Position numbers and translations under genes: made by a program
Origin: Clostridia bacterium
GTDB lineage: Bacteria > Bacillota > Clostridia > Oscillospirales > CAG-272
DNA: 64,000 nucleotides
Reading direction: 5' to 3'
Assembly (NCBI GenBank): GCA_017398595.1
Contig: JAFQFR010000020.1
Span: 9,196-73,195, forward strand
The notes under the pieces: model-generated
Told to the model about the DNA's origin: nothing
Databases searched by the model: none
What the model saw: only the letters and a program-made list of their open reading frames with translations
Part shown: piece after piece, positions 44,588-54,447 of the stretch
Numbering within the stretch: the first letter of the stretch is position 1
Layout of the letters: each line of letters opens with the position of its first letter

Positions 44588-45919
44588 TTATTTCTTTTTC
44601 TTAACATATACTACCACGATCACTGCGACAACGACTACAACCAGAGCGATACCGATGATCAAACCGATATTAGAGCCGCCATCCTCTGCGGAAGTAGTAG
44701 GAGCTGCGGTGGTCGTTGCGGGTGCTGCGGTAGTAACCGCAGGTGCCTCGGCAGTCTCTATAGGAGCGGCAGTGGTCACTGCGGGTGTTGCAGTCGTTTT
44801 TGCAGGAGCTGCGGTGGTCACTACGGGTGCTGCGGTGGTCACTGCGGGAGCTGCGGTGGTCGCTGCGGGAGCCGCGGTGGTCGCTGCGGGAGCTGCGGTG
44901 GTCGCTGCGGGGGCTGCGGTGGTCGCTGCGGGAGCTGCGGTCTGTGCGGGCGTTTCATCCGGGATCGCACTGACATAGTTGACCTTGTCAAAGAAGAGCG
45001 AAATGATCTTTGCATCTACATCGGCAGTTGCATTCAACGTTGCCGTACCATCAGTAACGAACATTGCTATTGCAGGCTCGACCGTCTTTTCTGCGTTGGC
45101 AACAGAACCGCCGGAGAAGTTGACCGTGGTCTTACCCATAACATTGTTGAGAGAAAGGAGCGTGACCATGCCGCCGCTGATGTTGACAGTGCAATCACCG
45201 TCGAGTCGGCGGGTTGCATCACCGGCAGTACGAAGATTGTTGATCGTGCCGCCCTTGATATTGATCACAGCATTGCCGGAATAGTTACCGTTAACGCTCG
45301 CACCGTATACAGTTGCTATTTCGCCGCCTTCTACAGTGATGTGCGCTGTTCCGACGAAAGAATACTCAGAGTTGCCGCGACTATGACCTGCTACCAGCCA
45401 ATAGTTGCCACTCTTAACCGTAACATCGGAATCCAGATCAAATACAGCTGTATCGGTCAAGGGAACCTGATAACCGCCGATAACGTACGCTTTACCGCTT
45501 GCATCAAAGGACAGTCCTTCACCAAGAACCAACTTGTTATACTGTGCGATGATCAGCGAAGTAGTGCCCGCACCGTACTCAAAAGACATGTTCTCAAAAG
45601 TGGTGGAACCGGGACCGCTGAGGAACCAGCGATTGTACTGCCCCTGTGAGAACACATACTTGCCGCCGGTGATCACGATGTTGCCGACATGCTCGGGCTC
45701 GTAATACTCTTCTGCGCAAGTGTAGGTGTCAACGATGATGACCTTACCGCCGTCCGCACCGATCTTATTGATCGCATCGGTCATGCTGCCGAGCGGCGCA
45801 TCCGCCGAGGAACCGTCGCCGGTACCGCCATCGTTGACGTAAACATCTGCTGCGGATGCCGCTACCGCAAGCATCATGCAAAGCAGTGCCGCCAGAAAAA
45901 TGCCAAGAAACTTTTTCAT
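44588..45919 (-). CDS. Secreted, membrane-tethered beta-helix-like protein D (paralog of E with T/A/P stalk, TM helix and KKKK)
   Basis: Start trimmed to ATG 45919 ([31 protein letters not shown]). Tail is [32 protein letters not shown]. Confidence 0.85.
   Translation of the reverse strand: MKKFLGIFLAALLCMMLAVAASAADVYVNDGGTGDGSSADAPLGSMTDAINKIGADGGKVIIVDTYTCAEEYYEPEHVGNIVITGGKYVFSQGQYNRWFLSGPGSTTFENMSFEYGAGTTSLIIAQYNKLVLGEGLSFDASGKAYVIGGYQVPLTDTAVFDLDSDVTVKSGNYWLVAGHSRGNSEYSFVGTAHITVEGGEIATVYGASVNGNYSGNAVINIKGGTINNLRTAGDATRRLDGDCTVNISGGMVTLLSLNNVMGKTTVNFSGGSVANAEKTVEPAIAMFVTDGTATLNATADVDAKIISLFFDKVNYVSAIPDETPAQTAAPAATTAAPAATTAAPAATTAAPAATTAAPAVTTAAPVVTTAAPAKTTATPAVTTAAPIETAEAPAVTTAAPATTTAAPTTSAEDGGSNIGLIIGIALVVVVVAVIVVVYVKKKK
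44803..44948. repeat. In-frame 24-bp tandem repeat (about 6 units) encoding AAPAATTA in the stalk of protein D
   Basis: ggagctgcggtggtcgctgcggga-type units. The peptide is [36 protein letters not shown]. Confidence 0.85.
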
Positions 45920-46170
45920 ATGTAACCTCCAAAATAATAAATTTTTCATATTATTAAGATTTTCGGATCGCTTGCAAGAAAATTCTATCAAAATGAATCT
46001 TGCAAATCTATAGACCATATCATTGAGATTATTGCAAATATCAAAAAAGTTTACCCGGTTGCACAATTTGATCCAATTTTTATTGTACAATATTTTTTGT
46101 TGATTTTCAACAATTTTTCGGAAGATTTCAACAATTTTTTCATCAAAAATGAAATATTTTTGTATAACCA

Positions 46171-47268
46171 CTATTTTTTCTTTGCAGCAAATTTTGCATC
46201 CGCCATTGCGGCATATTTTTTAAAAATACGCATCTCTTTCGGATCGTAGGGGCGGAAATTCGGACGGAACAGCTCATGCTGCCACTGCGTAAAGTCGTAG
46301 TGCTCGCCCTGTCCGTTTTCCCATCTGCGCCAGATCGCTTCCCAAGGCTCATTGTTTTGGCTCTTACCGACGACAAGACCCCAGTTGAAGCATGCGACCT
46401 TTTCGAGATAGAAGAGGGGCAGATGCGTTTGTACCTTATTGCCCTGCATTCTGTGCAGCCACTCGGTATTGAAAATAGGGCGGTCAAACTCCTTGAGAAT
46501 ATCCAGGATATCGACAGATACCTGGAAGTTGCGGTAATCGTGGTAACTAATAACATCCGACAGCTCGATGGCACGCATATCCCAGGGATGGATCTTCTCT
46601 TCACGCTCGGGACCGATCGACCACGCGTCTGCAGTCAGAGGCTGAATCGGGTCGTGCGAACGTGCGATCTCGAAGAAACGCTCCATCCACGGCACGCTGA
46701 GCATCTGCCGACGGCTGTTGCCGATCTCATTGAACATGTTCCAAACGATAACACGCTCGTCCTTTGCATATTTGCCGACGATCTCGTCCACCATCTGGCA
46801 GAAATGCTCTGCGTACTCCGGTACATCCAGCGGAGACTTACCATGATCGGCAAGAACATCATGCGGCGAACGCGCCATGCCGCCGTGGTAGCCCATATCT
46901 ACATGCTGCGGGCCGAGCTCGGGGAGCTTGTACTCTGCCATCGGAACGGTACAGTCGTTACCGAAGCAGAACATTACGCCGATCTCATTCTCTGCACAGA
47001 TCTGCAGATAAGTTTCGATATACTCCATGAAAGTATCGTGCTGACGTCCCCAAACTTCATACGGCAGGATCGAGCGAACAGCATTAAAGCCATACTCGTG
47101 TGCAAGCTTCATTTCCTCACGGAAACATTTTTCAATACGGTCGTGCTCAAGCTCCTGCCATTGTTCGATGCGGTTTACGGCGCCGTAAGCGACATAGTTG
47201 AAACCGCGGATCCAAGGACGGCTGTTATACCATTCCCAGGCTCTTTCTTTTGACCATTTTTCACCCAT
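46171..47268 (-). CDS. TIM-barrel glycoside hydrolase (clan GH-A / GH5-like)
   Basis: Start trimmed to MGEKWSKERAWEWY at 47268 (AAGGGGG RBS). Contains a WNMFNEIGNS acid/base-type NE motif. Family assignment is tentative. Confidence 0.65.
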   Translation of the reverse strand: MGEKWSKERAWEWYNSRPWIRGFNYVAYGAVNRIEQWQELEHDRIEKCFREEMKLAHEYGFNAVRSILPYEVWGRQHDTFMEYIETYLQICAENEIGVMFCFGNDCTVPMAEYKLPELGPQHVDMGYHGGMARSPHDVLADHGKSPLDVPEYAEHFCQMVDEIVGKYAKDERVIVWNMFNEIGNSRRQMLSVPWMERFFEIARSHDPIQPLTADAWSIGPEREEKIHPWDMRAIELSDVISYHDYRNFQVSVDILDILKEFDRPIFNTEWLHRMQGNKVQTHLPLFYLEKVACFNWGLVVGKSQNNEPWEAIWRRWENGQGEHYDFTQWQHELFRPNFRPYDPKEMRIFKKYAAMADAKFAAKKK

Positions 47269-47339
47269 GTATTTATACCCCCTTGTGATACGCAAATAAA
47301 ACCTGTGGTTATGCAGGCTTTATTTGCATAGCATTGTAT

Positions 47340-50300
47340 TTATTTGCAGAAAATATCAAACATCGCAACCGGGAAGTTGGTCACATCCAGCTTTCTTGCC
47401 TCTTCGATGTGCTCCTTTGCCTGGATGACTCTGCCGAGTCCCAGTTCACCGAATGCCATGAGAACCAGTCCCTTGACGGTATTGATCTTCGGGAAGTTGT
47501 ACTCAAACGGGCAGGGGCAAGGCGAACCAACACCGTAGTATGCGCTGACATCTTTATCCTTGATCTTCTGCTTACCGGCTGCGATCATCTGCTCGCACAG
47601 TGCGCGTGCAGCGCTGATCTCGCCCGCTTCATAGAAAGCAAGTGCGCGGAAGTAGCTGATCTCGGAGGGAGCGGCGGTATCGTTCATCGCCGCGGCAAGT
47701 GTCTCAGCATATGCTTTCTCATCGCCGAGCGCCTTGTATGCCATAGCAAGACCGTAGTTCAGGTGATTTTCCTGTGCGAAGTAGTTCTTCTCCTCGCCGT
47801 AGCAGAGCGGGAATACAAAACCATTCTTGTATGCTTCGATCGCTTCGGCGTATTTGCCCTCGTCAGCAAGCTTCTTGCCGATGAGCGTCATCAACCATGC
47901 ATGGTGACGGGTGAGGTTGCCCTCGCCGCCCTCGTAGGTGTGGAACCAATGTGCGTCGAGAAGCGCCTTTGCTTCGTCATATCTGCCAAGCTCGGTGAGC
48001 AGGATGGAGTGATCCAGCGTACAGTCATCGCGCATTGCGCTCATTGCCGCATACTTTTCGTGCAGTGCGAGTCTCTCCTCTACGCTCTTGCCGCCGTTCT
48101 TGTAGAGCTGCGCAAGTTCGAAGAAAATGCGGTCATTCTGACCGTTGTCGAGTTCGAGTGCTTTTCTGAGCATCTTCTCTGCACCGGTGAAGTCCTCGCG
48201 CTTGTCGAAGTAGGCAAGGCCGAGGTTGCGGCATGCGGGTACCAGACCGCCGACTTCCTTGTCAGCAGCTTCCCACATTGCGATCGCATCCTCATAGCGG
48301 CGTCTGTCATAGTACAGGCAACCGAGGTAGTACTTCGCCATGCCGGTGTTGGCAGCCTTCAGTACGGCAATATCCTCGAGACGTGCGGGGAATGCACATG
48401 CCCAGTCGCACTTATCGGCGATCTCGTAGTACTTCTTGTCGCCCTTGAGATAACCGAGGTAGTAGTTGACCATCGGATTCTTTGCATTTGCTTTTTCGAG
48501 GATCGCAATTGCCTTGTCGGTCATGCCGGCGTTCATATACTCGATCGCACGGTCAATGTAGTACTCGTGCTTTTCGGGAAGTACGTCGAACAAGGGGTCG
48601 ATCTCCTTGATCTTTGCAAAGAGCTCCTTGTCACCGGTGATCTCTGCCTTGAGTTTCATAGCCTCAAGGTTCATCGTGCCGACAGACAGGCAGATGTCGA
48701 GCTTCTTAACCGCTTCGTCAAAGTCGCCGCGGATGCAGTCGATGCCTGCAAGTGCATAGTAGCCTGCCGCGATATAGTCATAGCTCCAGATGCTGCGATA
48801 GAAATAATTGTACGCTTCATCGAGCTTACCGAGGTAACGGAGCGCAAGTCCCTTATGGTAGAGTGCCTCAACATCGTAAGGGTTGTCGTTGCGAAGCGTC
48901 AGACGCTTGATCGCCTTGTCGTAGTACTCGATCGCTTCTTCAAATCTGCCCTCTTTCAGGCGGATGTTACCCATTGCGGTGTTGCAGCGGCTGTCGCCGT
49001 CGTCTCTCTTCAGCGCTTCGAGATAGTAATCCGTGGGCTCATATGCGAAGTGCTTATACTGCTCCAGATGCTTGCCGTTGATGAAGAGTTCTTCGTTCGT
49101 CTTGATCTCACAGGGCGGCAGAGCGGGCTTTCTGGGTTCGATCGGCTTCTTGTGACCGCGCTCGAAGTATCTGTAGTCTACAAGTTTTACTCCCTCAGCA
49201 TCGGTGAAGTCCACCGAAACCTTCTTCATGTCGAGATCCTTGATCTCGTAGTACTTGGTAAAGGTAGTCTCGGGAGAGATCACTGCGATCGTCTCATCGA
49301 TCACATCTTCGCCGTGACGGATCACCAGCTTTGCATTCTTGTACTCACCGGTAGCGTATACGCCGACGAAGAGCTTGCCGTCGCGCTCCTCCACGTTGAT
49401 CGCAGCGTCAATGGTCGCATTCTTGGTCTCACCGATGTCCTTTACGGGATACCAGTACTGCTCAAAGGTCTTGGTCTCATACGGCATGATCCAGGTGAAG
49501 TCAGGCTGGTTATCGGTGTAGACACCGGTCATCAGCTCAACATACTTGGAGCCGTCATCGGTCAGGTTGGAGCACCACTTATCACCGAAGGGGTGATTGC
49601 CCCAGTGCCAGAGCTTCTTACCGGGGGAGATGTGGTGATTGGCAACGGTAACGATACCGCATTCTCTGCCTGCATCGTATCCGGAAATGTAGTCGTGGTC
49701 GCACTGTCCCTTGGAAACGAGGTAAGAGGAAGGTACGCGAACGTTTGCGAGGTTGTGAATGTCGGTGCCATCGCCGAAGTCAAACGGACGGGCGGTGTGG
49801 TATACGCCCTTTGCGATCGGCCATTCGAGTACCGCACGGCGGTCGTGGTCGTTGACCCATTCAACATCCGGCGGGAATACAACGCGGTAATCCTCGTTGA
49901 TCTCTACCGCGAGGTTTGCCCACCACATGAAAGGCTGCGGATACGGCGTGCGGTTGTAGATCTGTACTTCCGCTTTGAAATAGGACTTACCGGGCACGAT
50001 GGTGATACCTGCCATGCCCTTCATGCGCAGAAGCGGATCGACCTCGCCGACCCATGCGGTCTTTTCGCCGTTTTCACGCTCGGTGATGGTCGCTTCGAGC
50101 GGCATGTATGTAGTCGGACGGTGATGCTGCGGCCAGTTGAACTCGATACCGCCGGAAACCCAAGGTCCTGCCAGACCGACCATTGCGGGCTTGATCACCT
50201 TGTTGTGATATACGAAGTCGTAGTTGTTGGTCTTATCCAGTGCGCGCTGGATCTTACCGCCGATCTCGGGAAGAACCTCCAGCTTGATGTACTCGTTTTC

Positions 50301-50492
50301 GAGTACCGCTGCTTTATAGGTCACATCCTGCTTTTCGTCGCTGATCTTGGTCGTGAACGGGATCGGATACAGATGCCCGCTCGCCCCTTGATAAGGCTTC
50401 TTTTCAAAGAACATCGGCAGCGACTCACACGCACCCGGCTTATAGGTGGGGATCACAAGATCCTGAAACTGTGCAGTAGTTTTCTTTGCCAT
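47340..50492 (-). CDS. DUF5107-like N-terminal domain fused to a long TPR-repeat region
   Basis: Start trimmed to MAKKTTAQFQDLVIPTYKPG at 50492. It has a beta-rich N-terminal half and a C-terminal half of repeated TPR-like A..Y...G....A motifs. The family name is recalled and not verified. Confidence 0.6.
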   Translation of the reverse strand: MAKKTTAQFQDLVIPTYKPGACESLPMFFEKKPYQGASGHLYPIPFTTKISDEKQDVTYKAAVLENEYIKLEVLPEIGGKIQRALDKTNNYDFVYHNKVIKPAMVGLAGPWVSGGIEFNWPQHHRPTTYMPLEATITERENGEKTAWVGEVDPLLRMKGMAGITIVPGKSYFKAEVQIYNRTPYPQPFMWWANLAVEINEDYRVVFPPDVEWVNDHDRRAVLEWPIAKGVYHTARPFDFGDGTDIHNLANVRVPSSYLVSKGQCDHDYISGYDAGRECGIVTVANHHISPGKKLWHWGNHPFGDKWCSNLTDDGSKYVELMTGVYTDNQPDFTWIMPYETKTFEQYWYPVKDIGETKNATIDAAINVEERDGKLFVGVYATGEYKNAKLVIRHGEDVIDETIAVISPETTFTKYYEIKDLDMKKVSVDFTDAEGVKLVDYRYFERGHKKPIEPRKPALPPCEIKTNEELFINGKHLEQYKHFAYEPTDYYLEALKRDDGDSRCNTAMGNIRLKEGRFEEAIEYYDKAIKRLTLRNDNPYDVEALYHKGLALRYLGKLDEAYNYFYRSIWSYDYIAAGYYALAGIDCIRGDFDEAVKKLDICLSVGTMNLEAMKLKAEITGDKELFAKIKEIDPLFDVLPEKHEYYIDRAIEYMNAGMTDKAIAILEKANAKNPMVNYYLGYLKGDKKYYEIADKCDWACAFPARLEDIAVLKAANTGMAKYYLGCLYYDRRRYEDAIAMWEAADKEVGGLVPACRNLGLAYFDKREDFTGAEKMLRKALELDNGQNDRIFFELAQLYKNGGKSVEERLALHEKYAAMSAMRDDCTLDHSILLTELGRYDEAKALLDAHWFHTYEGGEGNLTRHHAWLMTLIGKKLADEGKYAEAIEAYKNGFVFPLCYGEEKNYFAQENHLNYGLAMAYKALGDEKAYAETLAAAMNDTAAPSEISYFRALAFYEAGEISAARALCEQMIAAGKQKIKDKDVSAYYGVGSPCPCPFEYNFPKINTVKGLVLMAFGELGLGRVIQAKEHIEEARKLDVTNFPVAMFDIFCK

Positions 50493-50606
50493 TTTCTTAT
50501 CTCCCAAAAGATTTTTGAAATTTTGTTTTTCTATACTTTGATTGTAGCACCTTGCCCAAATATTCTCAATATCAATAAATTTTTTACCGATTTTTGCACT
50601 TTTGTC

Positions 50607-50635
50607 TTGACAAAACAGCATTGCCGCGCTATAAT
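50607..50635 (+). promoter_or_regulatory. Candidate sigma-A promoter of the hybrid regulator gene
   Basis: TTGACA (50607-50612), a 17-nt spacer, then TATAAT (50630-50635). Confidence 0.55.
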
Positions 50636-50676
50636 AATAAGCCAAATTGCATTCTTGCCTAAACGGGAGGTACTGT

Positions 50677-51774
50677 ATGCGGATTTTTATCGTATGTCAG
50701 CCGGACGCCGACAAGACGCACTGGTGTGCTTTGTACTTAAAAGGTATATACAGCGAAGCGAGACGCAAAGGCGACACAGTCACGCTTCTTTCCTTTCCCG
50801 AGGCTGTCGCGGCGTTTCAAAAGGACAAGCCTGTCTGCGCGGGTATCCTCTCCAATTCGCGCGCCTGGACGGAGGAAGTAGCCGCCGCCCTCTCGGGGCT
50901 CGGCGTGGAACCGCTCGTCATCGGCGGCGCATCCCGCGACGGCTATCGCCACGCAAGTTATGTTTATATGGACTATCGGGAAGCGACCTATCAGCTGATC
51001 GAGTATCTCCGCGCGTATCAGAAAAACCGCATTGCCCTGTTTGCCGTCAGCACCGACTCGGCGACCGACATGATCAAAAAAGACGCCTTTCTCGCCTATG
51101 ACAAATGCCGCGAACAGGATGTGTTTTACTACACGGGAACCGACGGACTGATGAATGCCGCCTGCAAACGCTTCTTGGAAGTCTGCCGCAACTATGACGC
51201 GGTGATCTGCTCCAATGATGCAAGCGCAGTCATCCTTTTGCACCAGCTTGAAGAAGCGGGCATCCGCGTTCCCGAGGACATTTTTCTCTGCTCCTTCGGC
51301 GACATGGCGGTAAGCTCCAGCGGCAAAAAGACGATGACCATGGCGCGGCTCAACTGTGTGGAGATCGGCAAACAAGTCGTCTATATGTGCCGCCATTTAA
51401 CGACCTGCGAAAACATCTCAAGCGTCAGCACCAAGATCCGCTGCGAACTGGTCATCGGCGATACCACAGCCAATCTTCCCCTCGTTGCCGAAACGCTCGG
51501 CACAGCACACACGCCCGACGATGCCGCTTCCAAATTTCACAGCGATCCCAGCATTTCGCGCATCTTCCTTGCCGAAAAGATCCTCTCCGCCTGCGACGCG
51601 ATCGACATCGATATGTTCAAGCTGATCATCAACGGCTACAAATACTTCGATATTGCCGAGATCCTGCACGTCTCCGAAAGCACGATCAAATACCGACTCA
51701 AGAGGATTCTATCGATTTCGGGACTTTCCACCCGCGAGGAAATTATCGAAGTGATGGCGGCATTTTTGAACTGA
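50677..51774 (+). CDS. Hybrid regulator: LacI-type sugar-binding (periplasmic-binding-protein fold) domain with a C-terminal LuxR/GerE HTH
   Basis: Start at ATG 50677 after GGGAGG. The N-terminal 270 aa resemble a LacI effector domain (AVICSNDASAVILLHQLEEAGIRVPEDIFLCSFGD) but have no N-terminal HTH. The C-terminus is DIAEILHVSESTIKYRLKRILSISGLSTREEI. Confidence 0.65.
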   Translation: MRIFIVCQPDADKTHWCALYLKGIYSEARRKGDTVTLLSFPEAVAAFQKDKPVCAGILSNSRAWTEEVAAALSGLGVEPLVIGGASRDGYRHASYVYMDYREATYQLIEYLRAYQKNRIALFAVSTDSATDMIKKDAFLAYDKCREQDVFYYTGTDGLMNAACKRFLEVCRNYDAVICSNDASAVILLHQLEEAGIRVPEDIFLCSFGDMAVSSSGKKTMTMARLNCVEIGKQVVYMCRHLTTCENISSVSTKIRCELVIGDTTANLPLVAETLGTAHTPDDAASKFHSDPSISRIFLAEKILSACDAIDIDMFKLIINGYKYFDIAEILHVSESTIKYRLKRILSISGLSTREEIIEVMAAFLN

Positions 51775-51790
51775 AAATCCGAGAATACAG

Positions 51791-51825
51791 AAAAACAGCG
51801 ATACGCAAAAACGTATCGCTGTTTT
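51791..51825. terminator. Bidirectional terminator between convergent genes
   Basis: aaaaacagcgatacg-caaaaa-cgtatcgctgtttt. Confidence 0.8.
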
Positions 51826-51831
51826 GTTATT

Positions 51832-52533
51832 TTACCGTAAAAATCCGCCGCCGACGTGCAGGACTTCGCCCGTGATGAAAGTATCTTTTGCAAGATACAG
51901 CGCAAGCGCGGCTACATCCGCAGGCGTGCCGATCCTGCCGAGAGGCGTTTCATCAATCAGTGCCGCTTTATCTTCCGCGCTGAGACGCGCGTTCATCTCG
52001 GTTTCGATCACACCGGGCGCAATACAGTTGACCTGTATGCCGCTCGGTCCGACCTCCTTGGCAAGCGCCTTGGTAAAGCCGATGATGCCCGCTTTGGCAG
52101 CGGAATATGCCACCTCGCACGAGCCGCCGACCGCGCCGAAGATTGAGGAAATATTGATGATTCTGCCGCTCTTTTTGCGGATCATGTCGGGGAGAAACAC
52201 TTTAGAGGTAAGAAAAACGGATTTGAGATTGACCGCAATGATACGGTCCCATTCGTCCTCCGAAACATCGGTGATCAGACCGAAATGCGAGATCGCGGCG
52301 TTGTTGATGAGAATATCCACTGCGCCGACCGTTTCATACACCTTTTGCATCGAAGCAAGCGAGGATACATCCCCCTGCACCGCGGTGATGTTAAGGTCGC
52401 CGACATCCGTCAGCTTTTCGGGCGCATTATGCCAAAGGGCAAATACTTTATAGCCGTTTTTAGCGAACTGCACGGCGATCTCATGCCCGATACCGCGCGA
52501 CGCACCCGTGACAAATACCGTCGGTTTCATCAA
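51832..52533 (-). CDS. Short-chain dehydrogenase/reductase (FabG-like)
   Basis: 233 aa with TGASRGIGHEIA, NNAAI and a catalytic S...YSAAKAG. Confidence 0.85.
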   Translation of the reverse strand: MMKPTVFVTGASRGIGHEIAVQFAKNGYKVFALWHNAPEKLTDVGDLNITAVQGDVSSLASMQKVYETVGAVDILINNAAISHFGLITDVSEDEWDRIIAVNLKSVFLTSKVFLPDMIRKKSGRIINISSIFGAVGGSCEVAYSAAKAGIIGFTKALAKEVGPSGIQVNCIAPGVIETEMNARLSAEDKAALIDETPLGRIGTPADVAALALYLAKDTFITGEVLHVGGGFLR

Positions 52534-54299
52534 GCGGTCACCGTGTCTTTCGGCGGGAGGGCATATTTTGCCTTGTAAGAATTATAGCAGTCGGTATAGC
52601 GGGAATTGCCATCGCTCTTGAGCTTGTTGAGATACTCGTGCAGATCCAGCGCATCGTGCTCCATCTCGATCACGCAGCCTGCAATATTCGAGCAATGGTC
52701 GGAAACACGCTCGAGATTGGTGAGCAGGTCGTTGAGCACAAAGCCGAGCTCGATCGTGCATTCGCCGCGCTGCAAACGTGCAACATGGCGCTTTTTGATC
52801 TTTGCATTGAGAATATCGATCACTTCTTCGAGCGGTTCCACTTCAAACGCGGTTTTCATATCGCTGTCGCAGAAGGACTTCAGCGCATTGTCCAGAATCT
52901 CGGTGACTGCCGAAACCATGACGCTGATCTCCTTGGAAGCCTTTTCGGAGAAAGTCAGCTTCTTCTCTGCCATTTCCTGCGCAGTCGCCGCAATGTTGAC
53001 CGCGTGGTCGGAAATGCGCTCAAAGTCGCCGATAATATGCAACAGTTTTGCCAGTTCATGGCTATCCTGCTCGGTCAGCTCACTGGAGCTGATCTTGACA
53101 AGGTATGTGCCGAGCGCGTCCTCGTATTTATCCACGCGATCTTCTTCGGCACGGACAATCTCCATGCCTTTATCCGTGTAGCCGGACAAAAGCGTCAAAG
53201 AATTTTTGAGGGAGCTGATGGAAAGCTCTGCCATCTCCACCGTGACCGTGCGGGCACGCTCAATAGCAACAGCGGGCGTAGCCAAAAAACGATCGTCGAG
53301 GAGCTGTGCCTGCTCGGCATCGTCCTTGCTGTCGCGTACCGTGAGCATTGCCAGCTTTTCGAGAAGACGAGAGCAAGGCATCAACAGGAACAGCGCGAAG
53401 ATCTTGAATACCGTGTGTACGATCGCGATACCAAGCTGGTCGATATGCGCCGGGAACGGGAAATCCAGGAACGCATCGAGCGTATAGAACACACCGCCGA
53501 CGATAGCAGCGGCAATCAGGTTAAAGTACAGGTGCACAAGCGCCGCACGGCGAGCGTTTTTGCCCGCGCCGATAGAAGAGATCATCGCGCTGACACAGGT
53601 ACCGATATTCTGACCGATGATGATCGGGATCGCCACGTCATATGTAATGACGCCCGTTGCGGAAAGTGCCTGCAGAATACCGACCGATGCCGACGACGAC
53701 TGAATGATCGCCGTAAAGACCGTACCCATCAAAATGCCGAGAAAAGGATTGGAGAATTTCGTGAGTACAGCCTGAAATTCGGGAGACTCGGCAAGCGGAT
53801 CCACCGCCGCAGACATGGTCTCCATGCCCGTCATCAAAACGGCAAAGCCCATCAGGATCAGACCGACATCTTTGCGTTTTTCGTTCTTTTGGAACATCAA
53901 AAGAACGATGGCAACAAAGGCGAGGATCGGCGAAAAAGCAGAGGGCTTGAACATGCTGATATACCAGACATTGCTCTCGATGCCCGTGAGACTGAGCATC
54001 CAAGAGGTCACCGAGGTGCCGAGGTTTGCACCCATGATAACGCCGGTTGCCTGATGCAGCGTCATAACGCCCGAGTTTACGAAACCTACAACCATGACCG
54101 TGGTTGCAGAAGAAGACTGGATAACCGCCGTAACGCAGAGACCGAGCAAAAAGCCGTTGAACGTATTGGAGGTCAGCTTTGCAAGAATGTTTTTGAGCTG
54201 TCGTCCGGCGCTCTTTTCCAGTGCGTCACCCATGACCTTCATTCCATAGAGGAACATTGCGAGTCCCCCAAGCAGGGTGAATACATCAAAAATAGTCAT
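52530..54299 (-). CDS. Na+/phosphate cotransporter family protein with C-terminal PhoU-like domains
   Basis: 589 aa with duplicated QSSSA(T/S) motifs (VIQSSSATTVMVVGF and IIQSSSASVGILQAL) and a PhoU-like helical C-terminus. Confidence 0.85.
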   Translation of the reverse strand: MTIFDVFTLLGGLAMFLYGMKVMGDALEKSAGRQLKNILAKLTSNTFNGFLLGLCVTAVIQSSSATTVMVVGFVNSGVMTLHQATGVIMGANLGTSVTSWMLSLTGIESNVWYISMFKPSAFSPILAFVAIVLLMFQKNEKRKDVGLILMGFAVLMTGMETMSAAVDPLAESPEFQAVLTKFSNPFLGILMGTVFTAIIQSSSASVGILQALSATGVITYDVAIPIIIGQNIGTCVSAMISSIGAGKNARRAALVHLYFNLIAAAIVGGVFYTLDAFLDFPFPAHIDQLGIAIVHTVFKIFALFLLMPCSRLLEKLAMLTVRDSKDDAEQAQLLDDRFLATPAVAIERARTVTVEMAELSISSLKNSLTLLSGYTDKGMEIVRAEEDRVDKYEDALGTYLVKISSSELTEQDSHELAKLLHIIGDFERISDHAVNIAATAQEMAEKKLTFSEKASKEISVMVSAVTEILDNALKSFCDSDMKTAFEVEPLEEVIDILNAKIKKRHVARLQRGECTIELGFVLNDLLTNLERVSDHCSNIAGCVIEMEHDALDLHEYLNKLKSDGNSRYTDCYNSYKAKYALPPKDTVTA

Positions 54300-54447
54300 T
54301 CGCTACTCCTTTGTTTGTCGCCGCAGCCCGCGGCGAAATGTTATATTATCCTATTTTTCTTTACACACAGTTTTATATTACCATATCCGCGTAAAAACCG
54401 CAATAGTGCAAATATAACGAATTTTTCGTCAAAATTTCACCGTATGC

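Noticed and set aside
44588-46171. N-terminal extensions in the ORF track for several genes: 44588-46171, 15217-17274, 41934-43010, 47340-50645, 18493-20415, 20431-20793, 24487-25032 and 24990-25589.
   Set aside because: Internal starts have good RBSs and give canonical N-termini (signal peptides, or conserved family starts). The extensions cross AT-rich promoter DNA.
47334-51101. Very long antisense ORFs opposite real genes. Examples: 47334-51101 (+, 1255 aa), 31880-35542 (+, 1220 aa), 28051-29832 (+), 52638-54470 (+), 55237-57309 (+), 13503-15059 (+), 15676-16998 (+), 7066-8460 (+), 59986-61530 (-) and 25511-26449 (-).
   Set aside because: Each mirrors a gene with clear family motifs on the other strand. 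Their translations are Arg/His/Cys-rich and low in complexity, with no RBS and no recognisable motifs. They are typical shadow ORFs of GC-rich coding DNA.
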